Below are positions 1-6,043 of a stretch of DNA of 11,009 nucleotides, piece by piece. The translations under genes were made by a program, and so were the position numbers. The stretch comes from Candidatus Diapherotrites archaeon CG08_land_8_20_14_0_20_30_16 (GTDB lineage Archaea > Iainarchaeota > Iainarchaeia > Iainarchaeales > 0-14-0-20-30-16). The notes under the pieces are model-generated. The model saw only the letters and a list, made by a program, of their open reading frames with translations. It was not told the DNA's origin and did not search any database. The stretch's first letter is position 1, and each line of letters begins with the position of its first letter. The stretch lies in NCBI GenBank assembly GCA_002779075.1, contig PEXK01000051.1:1-11009 (forward strand), given 5' to 3'.

Positions 1-1
1 A

Positions 2-868
2 ATGCTTCAAATCTTTTTCTCCTATTCTATTTCATTCATTATTGCAATATGGTTGTTTCTGTTGTTCAAAGCCAGCAATGTAGCTATTGAGACTATTGCC
101 CCACCAAATAGCATTTGGAATACAGTTTATTTCTTTGGTTTGATTATTGTTGAAACTATTATTTTGATTGTTTTATTGCGAATATTCTGGAAAATAAACT
201 TCATTAAAATAATTGATATTTTAGTTTGTCTTGTTTGTGTTTTCAGTATTGCCTCTTTTTTCTTTGAATTTTGGTTTATGTCACTGTTAATTTCGTTTCT
301 TGTAGTTCTTGTAAAAGAACTAAGTGGCTGGGTTTGGTTCAAAAATGCAATTGTATTTTTGGTTGTAGGATTCTTTTCAGCGTACATAGGTTACACTTTG
401 GGAATCTGCCCTATATTTTTATTGCTGGTTTTAATTGCAATATATGATTATATTGCTGTTTTCAAAACAAAGCATATGGTTTTTTTAGCAGACAAAATCA
501 TCAATAAAAATACACTATTTGTTATGGATTTCCACAGTTCTTTCTTTAATAAAGAAAGAAACAAAGAACAAATAACACAAAATGTAAATACAGAAATAAA
601 ACAAAAAGAATTAGATCCTAGCAAAAGAAATCATTTACATTTAGGAACTGGGGATTTTGCTTTGCCTTTAATAGGTGTAATGACATTATTTGCAGCAAAC
701 TGGATATTTGGGTTGGTTAGTTTTGTTGTTGTTTTATTTGGTTTGGAATTAACAGTATATTTGCTTTTCACAAAGAAGCATTATGCTTTGCCTGCAATTC
801 CTTTACAAGTGATTTGTTTTGCAGGAGTATATTTAATTTATTTGTTGTATACTTTGTTATATACTTAA
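2..868 (+). CDS. Presenilin / signal-peptide-peptidase-like GxGD intramembrane aspartyl protease (archaeal PSH type)
   Basis: 288-aa ORF with about nine hydrophobic segments. It has 'LIAIYDYIAVFKTKHM' (YD motif), 'HLGTGDFALPL' (GxGD motif) and a C-terminal 'YALPAIP' (PAL-like motif), in the order expected for presenilin homologues. The ATG is at position 2, so the start sits at the window edge and could be truncated. Confidence 0.7.
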   Translation: MLQIFFSYSISFIIAIWLFLLFKASNVAIETIAPPNSIWNTVYFFGLIIVETIILIVLLRIFWKINFIKIIDILVCLVCVFSIASFFFEFWFMSLLISFLVVLVKELSGWVWFKNAIVFLVVGFFSAYIGYTLGICPIFLLLVLIAIYDYIAVFKTKHMVFLADKIINKNTLFVMDFHSSFFNKERNKEQITQNVNTEIKQKELDPSKRNHLHLGTGDFALPLIGVMTLFAANWIFGLVSFVVVLFGLELTVYLLFTKKHYALPAIPLQVICFAGVYLIYLLYTLLYT

Positions 869-880
869 TTTGTGATTTAA

Positions 881-1204
881 ATGATTACTAAAGAAATCAA
901 AAGACCAAAAATAAATAAAAGACCTTCAAAAGTGCCTAGAGTGATTAGCGATTTAGAAAGAGACCGAATAAATACACTTTTTGATGTTTCTAAAAAAATT
1001 GCAAAGGTAGCTGTTGAAAATGCTTTAAAATTAAAAGGGTTGCCTTTACGACATAGAGAAGTTGCAATAACTTCAGAACTATTTGCAAAATATCCTAAAT
1101 TACATAAATTACTTGAAAGATTAGATAGAGAGGATCCTGGTTTTTCTAAAAAACTCAGAGAAGCAATTGCAGAAAGAATAAGATTAGAAGCAAAACAGAT
1201 ATAA
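881..1204 (+). CDS. Hypothetical small protein, paralog A: basic K/R/P N-tail plus helical C-domain with P-x13-DP motif
   Basis: 107-aa ORF starting 12 nt after the protease stop, so probably co-transcribed. N-terminal tail is 'KRPKINKRPSKVPR'. The C-terminal 'FAKYPKLHKLLERLDREDPGFSKKLREAIAERI' aligns without gaps to ORFs 1264 and 1669. No known family recognised. Confidence 0.55.
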   Translation: MITKEIKRPKINKRPSKVPRVISDLERDRINTLFDVSKKIAKVAVENALKLKGLPLRHREVAITSELFAKYPKLHKLLERLDREDPGFSKKLREAIAERIRLEAKQI

Positions 1205-1226
1205 TTTAAACTTTCGCATGTATTTT

Positions 1227-1264
1227 ATTGTAAGATTAATTGCGAGATTAATATTGTGAGATTA
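1227..1264 (+). repeat. Three tandem copies of a 12-nt motif ATTGYRAGATTA ending at the start codon of ORF 1264
   Basis: ATTGTAAGATTA (1227-1238), ATTGCGAGATTA (1239-1250), a 2-nt AT spacer, then ATTGTGAGATTA (1253-1264). The last A is the A of the ATG at 1264. The final copy matches the GTGAGATTATG ribosome-binding context also seen before ORF 7306 and, with two extra spacer nt (GTGAGATTATATG), before secE. Confidence 0.6.
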
Positions 1265-1602
1265 TGCCAGTATATAAACCATTAAAACATGAGGAACTCC
1301 ATAGAGAATTAAAAGCAGGAATAAGACCATTAAATGAACTTCATACTTTGAGAGTCAGCCAATTAGCCTATGATCTTTTAGATGGTTTTGATGCTTTTGT
1401 GAAACGATTTACTAAAGCAGATTTTAGTGCTTTGGTTCGTAGGTATGAATCTGAAAGAATCCTTTTAGCTGCATTGAGGTTTAAACTTTTAAGATCTCCT
1501 GAAATTGGACCTTTCTTAATTAAGTTAGCACAAATAGATCCTCAATTATCTGCAAATGCCTTAAATTTAATGGCAAAACACATACTCGAAAAATACAGAT
1601 AA
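1264..1602 (+). CDS. Hypothetical small protein, paralog B: helical, P-x13-DP motif, no basic tail
   Basis: 112-aa ORF. 'LLRSPEIGPFLIKLAQIDPQLSANALNLMAKHI' aligns without gaps to paralogs A and C. GTGAG SD-like element lies 6 nt upstream of the ATG. Confidence 0.55.
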   Translation: MPVYKPLKHEELHRELKAGIRPLNELHTLRVSQLAYDLLDGFDAFVKRFTKADFSALVRRYESERILLAALRFKLLRSPEIGPFLIKLAQIDPQLSANALNLMAKHILEKYR

Positions 1603-1668
1603 TTTTATGTTCTGTATATTTAAATCTTTATATGGTTATTCTATCAACTGTATTTGAGGAATAATTAT

Positions 1669-2001
1669 ATGCCTGAAAAACCACCAAGTAAAAGACCAGG
1701 ACGTAAGCCAAAGCCTTTTGATCAACTGAAACCTGGAGGAATAGCTAATAGATTTATGAAAACTCATTCTGCAAAAATGTCAGAATTAAAGAGTTCAATT
1801 ATTGATGATATTGGAAATGGTAAAATTAAGTCTTATACTCAAGCAACAGGAGTATTAATTGCAAGAATTAAAAACGATCCACAGATAAAAGCAGATTTAA
1901 ATAATTTGAAGACAAATAATCCAGATGCATACAATTATGTTATGAAGCTAATATCAATGTGGTTGGGTAGAAACTTTCAAAAACCACAAAATCGAAGTTA
2001 A
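1669..2001 (+). CDS. Hypothetical small protein, paralog C: AT-hook-like basic N-tail, P-x13-NP motif
   Basis: The ATG at 1669 is preceded by GAGGA (1656-1660) with an 8-nt spacer, so I prefer it to the track's TTG at 1654. N-tail is 'PEKPPSKRPGRKPKP'. 'IKNDPQIKADLNNLKTNNPDAYNYVMKLISMWL' aligns without gaps to A and B. Confidence 0.55.
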   Translation: MPEKPPSKRPGRKPKPFDQLKPGGIANRFMKTHSAKMSELKSSIIDDIGNGKIKSYTQATGVLIARIKNDPQIKADLNNLKTNNPDAYNYVMKLISMWLGRNFQKPQNRS

Positions 2002-2020
2002 TGCAAAGCTACACTCTAGG

Positions 2021-2113
2021 TTTATAAATCTTTCTTCACCTAAATATACTATAAATTTTATAAAAAGGCTAATTCTGCCGTGTACTGCTGTAAATCGAGC
2101 AGGAGGTAATTAA
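2021..2113 (+). promoter_or_regulatory. Candidate promoter and structured 5' leader of the rpl1-rplP0-rpl12 operon
   Basis: TATA-like TTTATAAA (2021-2028) and TTTATAAAAA (2057-2066). A locally GC-richer leader has a hairpin, CTGCT (2085-2089) / AGCAG (2098-2102). Its 3' arm overlaps the strong SD AGGAGGT (2101-2107), which lies 6 nt before the GTG start. Confidence 0.35.
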
Positions 2114-2836
2114 GTGGTAAAAACAGAAAAAGAATCAAAAGACAATCCTGAAGAGCAAAAGCAAGAAGATGTCTCTAAGCTTAATACTAGTCTGGACTTC
2201 CTTTCTAAAGCAGTTCTTGAAGTCAAAGGATCGAGCAAGAGAAACTTTATCCAAACTGTTGAAGCTGGAATTAACCTAATGGGTATTAACTTTAAACAGC
2301 AAACAAACAGAATAGGCTTTGATGTTATATTACCTCATCCTTTTAAAAAGGCACCAAAGGTTGCTCTTTTTGGAACTACTCCCAACTTTATTACCAGTGT
2401 GAAAGAAGCATTCGATAAGGTTATTACTGGTGAGCAAATACCTACTTTTGATAAGAAATCAGGAAAGAAATTAACAAAAGATTTTGATTTTTTCTTTGCA
2501 GAACCACAAACATTAACTCTTGTGGGCAAGTATTTGGGTCAAACTTTGGCACCAAGGCAAAAAATGCCAAAACCTTGCCCCCCAGACATCAATGCAATTA
2601 AGGCTTTGATAAATGCAAACATAAAAACAGTAACAGTCTCAAACAAAAAAGGGGATGCTTTGCCAGTTTTACATTTTCCTATTGGAAAAGAAGACATGTC
2701 AGAGAAAGATATCACTGAGAATTTTTTAGCTTGTTACACAAAATTAGTTTCTGTTTTACCTGCAAATACACAGAATCTAAAATCAATGTACATTAAAACA
2801 ACAATGGGTCCAATAAAATATATTTTCAAAAGGTAG
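2114..2836 (+). CDS. rpl1: 50S ribosomal protein L1 (uL1)
   Basis: 240 aa. 'RNFIQTVEAGINL', 'ILPHPF', 'GQTLAPRQKMPKP' and 'SMYIKTTMGP' match conserved L1 blocks. GTG start with a perfect AGGAGGT SD. There is a ~22-aa acidic/Lys-rich N-terminal extension relative to typical archaeal L1. Confidence 0.9.
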   Translation: MVKTEKESKDNPEEQKQEDVSKLNTSLDFLSKAVLEVKGSSKRNFIQTVEAGINLMGINFKQQTNRIGFDVILPHPFKKAPKVALFGTTPNFITSVKEAFDKVITGEQIPTFDKKSGKKLTKDFDFFFAEPQTLTLVGKYLGQTLAPRQKMPKPCPPDINAIKALINANIKTVTVSNKKGDALPVLHFPIGKEDMSEKDITENFLACYTKLVSVLPANTQNLKSMYIKTTMGPIKYIFKR

Positions 2837-2843
2837 ATTAACA

Positions 2844-3701
2844 ATGACTAAAGTAGAAACAAAAAAACACTTCAAGAAATGGAAAGAATCAGAAAGATCT
2901 ACTTTTGAAAGTGCTCTTGAAAAAAGCAATTACATTTTAATTGGTAATTTAAGTGAATTACCTGCAAAAGCAGAAAGAGAATTCAGGGACTGTTTAAAAA
3001 AAGCTGGCTGTTTCACAAAAGTAATGAATTCTAAAGTAGCATTAAGAGGCCTTCACAGTAAAGGAATTACTGAATTGGATTCTCAATTAAAAGGTCCTAC
3101 TTTGTTTGCTTTATCCAATGAAAGTCCATTCAAACTTTACAAGGAAATTAAAAAGAATGCATCAAGTTCTTTTGCAAAGGACGGTTGCATTGCTCCAGAG
3201 GATATTTATGTAAATGAAGGAGATACAGGAATACCTCCAGGACCAGCATTAACAGATTTTAAAGTAGCACATATTGATACTCAAATAAGAAATGGGAAAA
3301 TATACATTTCAAAAAAGACATTAGTTGTTTCTAAAGGATCAAAGATAGATGCAAAAATCGCAACTTTATTAACAAAATTAAAGATTAAGCCTATGAAAAT
3401 TTTATTGAATGTTAAAACAGTTTTTGATAAAGCAACAAAGACATTATACAAAAAAGATTTATTGGATATAAATGCTGAACAATTAATTGTTCAGATTAAA
3501 GAAGGTTATCTAAGGTGTTATTACTTAGCAATAGGTAAAGGATACGTTTCTAAGCAAACAATTAAGCCTTTATTAATTAAAGGATACAAAAGTTCAAAAG
3601 CAGTAGCTCTTGCTGGCAACGTTGTCAACAAGGACACAGCTAAACAAATATTAGGCAAGGCCCAGAGAATTGCAAATGCTTTGGGCAAAAAGGTTATTTA
3701 G
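2844..3701 (+). CDS. rplP0: Ribosomal stalk protein P0 (uL10), without the C-terminal acidic tail
   Basis: 285 aa. It has an N-terminal 'KKWKE' block, 'GDTGIPPGPALTDF', and C-terminal spine-helix repeats ('GYVSKQTIKPLLIKGY', 'NVVNKDTAKQILGKAQRIANAL') typical of archaeal P0. It sits between L1 and L12. Confidence 0.85.
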   Translation: MTKVETKKHFKKWKESERSTFESALEKSNYILIGNLSELPAKAEREFRDCLKKAGCFTKVMNSKVALRGLHSKGITELDSQLKGPTLFALSNESPFKLYKEIKKNASSSFAKDGCIAPEDIYVNEGDTGIPPGPALTDFKVAHIDTQIRNGKIYISKKTLVVSKGSKIDAKIATLLTKLKIKPMKILLNVKTVFDKATKTLYKKDLLDINAEQLIVQIKEGYLRCYYLAIGKGYVSKQTIKPLLIKGYKSSKAVALAGNVVNKDTAKQILGKAQRIANALGKKVI

Positions 3702-3721
3702 ATTTATAGGTGGTGAAAATA

Positions 3722-4021
3722 ATGGAATATATCTATGCTGCTATGTTATTAAATAGTGCAAAGAAAGAAATTAATGAAGCAAATATTAGTGGTATAATTA
3801 AGGCTGCTGGCTTGCAAATCGATGCTCCTAAAATAAAGTCTTTAGTTGAAGCATTAAAGGATGTTGATTTTGAGGCTGTAATCAAAGAAGCATCAATTGT
3901 TCAAATAGCAAGTGCTCCTGCACCAAGTGCAAGCACAGCTCCTGTAGCACCTAAAGAAGAAAAGAAAAAAGAAAAAACAGTTGAAGAAGCTTCTGCTGGT
4001 TTGGGCGCTTTGTTCGGCTAA
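3722..4021 (+). CDS. rpl12: Ribosomal stalk protein P1 / L12 (aP1)
   Basis: 'MEYIYAAMLL' N-terminus, an Ala/Pro hinge, a Lys/Glu block and the canonical 'GLGALFG' C-terminus. The ATG at 3722 is preceded by GGTGGTGA (3709-3716), so I prefer it to the track's GTG at 3710. Confidence 0.9.
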   Translation: MEYIYAAMLLNSAKKEINEANISGIIKAAGLQIDAPKIKSLVEALKDVDFEAVIKEASIVQIASAPAPSASTAPVAPKEEKKKEKTVEEASAGLGALFG

Positions 4022-4072
4022 ACCTTCAAAAAGGTTTACGATTTGTACACCTTCGGTAGTACTATAATGATT

Positions 4073-4098
4073 AAGGGGTAACCCTTTTTCTTTTTTTT
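4073..4098 (+). terminator. Hairpin plus oligo-T terminator of the L1-P0-P1 operon
   Basis: AAGGG (4073-4077) pairs with CCCTT (4082-4086) around a GTAA loop. It runs directly into TTTTTCTTTTTTTT (4085-4098). Confidence 0.5.
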
Positions 4099-4256
4099 GC
4101 TTTTAAAGTCTTAACAAGGATAACCGTTTTTCTAATCTGTTTAAAGAAGTAGACTTTAGAATTCAATCAAAACCAGAATAAGTTTGACTTAAAACTAAAT
4201 TCCCATTAGAATCTCTCAAGATATTAGTGAATTAAAGAAGTACTTAAAGTGAATTT

Positions 4257-4526
4257 ATGTTTCAACAAATTATTTCTGATGATATTGAGAAAATATTTTA
4301 AAAAGGCAAAAATCAAGAATTAATTAATGCAACTATTAGAAAGATTGAAGAAATTTGTAATCAAGATATTGAAACAATAAAGCATTATAAAAATTTAGGT
4401 AATGTAATGTCAGATTATAAACGAGTTCACATACTAAAAAGTTTTGTATTAACATTTAAAGTAGATATATCAAATAATGTTATTTATTTTGTAAAATTAA
4501 CTCATCATGATGATGCTTATAATTAA
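4257..4526 (+). pseudogene. RelE/ParE-family type II toxin pseudogene (in-frame TAA at codon 15)
   Basis: A single frame reads MFQQIISDDIEKIF*KGKNQELINATIRKIEEICNQDIETIKHYKNLGNVMSDYKRVHILKSFVLTFKVDISNNVIYFVKLTHHDDAYN*. The length (~89 codons) and the C-terminal pattern (beta-strands ending '..I.I..I.H....Y') fit RelE/ParE. The internal TAA is at 4299-4301, and no restart codon follows until Met at 4407. It was not in the ORF track. Confidence 0.55.
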
Positions 4527-4529
4527 TAT

Positions 4530-4913
4530 TTATTTAATAATTTCTAAATGCATACTTTTGCAGGTGCCTTCTAATTCTTTTATTTTCTTTGACAACTCTT
4601 GCAGATTATTTTGTTCTATTGATTTTTTTGCTAATGCAAATAAATCTGAATAATTTATTTTTCCATTTTTAACAAAAGCTTTGATTTGCTCGGTTGTTTT
4701 CTTTTGCGCCTGTACAATTTTCCAGGTTCTATTTTCCATATTTATTTCAATAGGCACTTTGGAGTTTATTGCAATTAAGCCTTGCTCAAGCATTTTGTTT
4801 AAAGCATCAACAACTTTATTGATGTTAACACCATATGGTGCTAATAGGGGCCCTAAAGGCGAACCACAATCTAGTTTTTCTTTTTTAAGGGATAGCTCTA
4901 AAACAATATTCAT
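4530..4913 (-). CDS. rpl11: 50S ribosomal protein L11 (uL11), short divergent form
   Basis: 127 aa. 'GSPLGPLLAPYGVNINKVVDALN' matches the L11 'PGPPLGPALGPxGVN' N-domain block. 'VPIEINMENRTWKI' and the C-terminal 'ELEGTCKSMHLEI' match the 'GTxxSMG' block. It is about 30 aa shorter than typical archaeal L11. Confidence 0.8.
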   Translation of the reverse strand: MNIVLELSLKKEKLDCGSPLGPLLAPYGVNINKVVDALNKMLEQGLIAINSKVPIEINMENRTWKIVQAQKKTTEQIKAFVKNGKINYSDLFALAKKSIEQNNLQELSKKIKELEGTCKSMHLEIIK

Positions 4914-4964
4914 AAGAAAATAAGAAAAGTAAGAAATAAAAAGATTTAGGTATTATAAATAAAT

Positions 4965-5324
4965 ATGGGAAAACCAAATAAACCTCGAGAACCTAGGAAA
5001 CCTAAAGAAGAAACAAGAGTCCATTTATTAAATGATTATAAACAAAGAAAAGATCCAAAAACAAATGTCTTGGTAATATTGTGTGAGAAGAAAAGTCTTG
5101 AAGAAAAACAGGAGTCTATTATGGCTTATTGTGGAGCTAAAGGCCTGGGTCCAAAAAATGTTCTTGATCTGTTAACAGAAATAGGAAAGGAAATACCTGA
5201 CAGAATCAGACAGATGATGGCTGAAAATCCAAGAAAAAATAAAGTAAAAATATCAAAACTTATAGGACTGCTGTTTGTAATTAGGATGTTAAAAAGAAAC
5301 ATAAGAGAAGTATATTCTCTCTAA
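4965..5324 (+). CDS. Hypothetical small protein D: K/R/P-rich N-tail, possible distant relative of paralogs A-C
   Basis: 119-aa ORF and the only long ORF in this 410-bp interval. N-tail is 'GKPNKPREPRKPKEE'. 'EIPDRIRQMMAENPRKNKVKISKLIGLL' resembles the P...NP motif of A-C but with a spacing 4 residues shorter. A TATA-like TATTATAAATAAAT lies just upstream. Confidence 0.45.
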   Translation: MGKPNKPREPRKPKEETRVHLLNDYKQRKDPKTNVLVILCEKKSLEEKQESIMAYCGAKGLGPKNVLDLLTEIGKEIPDRIRQMMAENPRKNKVKISKLIGLLFVIRMLKRNIREVYSL

Positions 5325-5325
5325 T

Positions 5326-5760
5326 TTACTCTTGATACAACTTAACTGTTTCTGCTTTGATTGTGATTGGCATTTTGATTGTTGCATCTAATATTTCAAC
5401 AGTTATCTCTTCTTTTGTGGGATTTACTCTGATTATACGTGCTTTCTCCCCTTTCAAATAACCGCTTTTGATTTCAACAACAGCATCTGGCTTTAGTTTC
5501 TCCATTACACTTTCTAAATGCAATAAAGAATCTAATTCTTTTTCAGAAACATTTCCAACAGTCAAAGAATTTTTTCTAATATAAGGTATGTCGGTAATTG
5601 CTCTCTTCAATGTATTGTCATTGTTAGCTTCAACAATCAAATAGTTCTTAATATTGGGTAGTATAATTATTGAATATAATGGCAAGTCTTTTGCTTTGGT
5701 TTTAAGAATTGCAGATACCAATTCTAATTGACCCGGTACAATCTTTAATGTGAAAATCAT
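5326..5760 (-). CDS. spt5: Transcription elongation factor Spt5 (archaeal NusG)
   Basis: 144 aa with an NGN-like N-domain and a KOW-like 'VVEIKSGYLKGEKARIIRVN' segment. It lies immediately downstream of secE (12-nt gap), as in the conserved secE-nusG pair. GAGGG SD is upstream. Confidence 0.85.
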   Translation of the reverse strand: MIFTLKIVPGQLELVSAILKTKAKDLPLYSIIILPNIKNYLIVEANNDNTLKRAITDIPYIRKNSLTVGNVSEKELDSLLHLESVMEKLKPDAVVEIKSGYLKGEKARIIRVNPTKEEITVEILDATIKMPITIKAETVKLYQE

Positions 5761-5772
5761 TCATATCCCTCA

Positions 5773-5937
5773 TTACAATGGCGAATAAAAAGCAGTCATA
5801 ATCAACATGATTAAAAACCCTAAAACACCAATTAGTATTATTCCTAGACCAACAACTTTTGCTAGGTTCCAGTATTCTTTTCCTGTTGGTTTTTTTGCAA
5901 CCAAAAAAACACGTTTAGTATTTTCCCAAAAAGTCAT
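5773..5937 (-). CDS. secE: Preprotein translocase subunit SecE / Sec61-gamma
   Basis: 54-aa ORF, too short for the ORF track: MTFWENTKRVFLVAKKPTGKEYWNLAKVVGLGIILIGVLGFLIMLIMTAFYSPL. It has an amphipathic basic segment ('RVFLVAKKPTGKEY') followed by one TM helix, and sits before spt5. GTGAG SD is upstream. Confidence 0.8.
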   Translation of the reverse strand: MTFWENTKRVFLVAKKPTGKEYWNLAKVVGLGIILIGVLGFLIMLIMTAFYSPL

Positions 5938-6043
5938 ATAATCTCACTTCTCTTTTATAACCTATTTTTCATCCTTGCAATATATAAACTAAATATGTTT
6001 AATGTGTATCCTCGCAACACATAAAATTGACCTGTTTAATGTA

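Noticed and set aside
127-387. Other antisense ORFs: 127-387 (-), 2335-2529 (-), 4681-4923 (+), 7735-7920 (-), 10518-10730 (-)
   Set aside because: Each is embedded opposite a better-supported gene (protease, rpl1, rpl11, LOG-like, Bro-N), and the translations look like shadow frames.
4100-4256. Possible decayed antitoxin upstream of the RelE-like pseudogene
   Set aside because: Only short broken frames exist (for example TLEFNQNQNKFDLKLNSH* and IPIRISQDISELKKYLK*). There is no start codon and no recognisable RHH/Phd/AbrB pattern, so it cannot be supported.
4299-4301. In-frame TAA in the RelE-like frame as evidence of stop-codon reassignment or programmed readthrough
   Set aside because: TAA is the terminator of most well-supported genes here (protease, paralogs A-C, rpl12, rpl11, spt5, secE), and TAG and TGA are also used. 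A reassigned code is not tenable, so a pseudogene is the simpler reading.
4275-4512. C/D-box sRNA-like elements: CTGATGA at 4276-4282 and ATGATGATG at 4507-4515
   Set aside because: There is no properly spaced downstream CTGA D box or C'/D' pair, and the motifs lie inside the toxin pseudogene frame, where they encode Asp/His runs.
5996-6042. 10-nt direct repeat TGTTTAATGT (5996-6005 and 6033-6042) flanking a weak hairpin ATGTGT/ACACAT (6002-6022) between ftsZ and secE
   Set aside because: The repeat is short and AT-rich in an AT-rich spacer. It is most simply explained as ftsZ terminator and secE promoter sequence, and there are no coding or mobile-element hallmarks.
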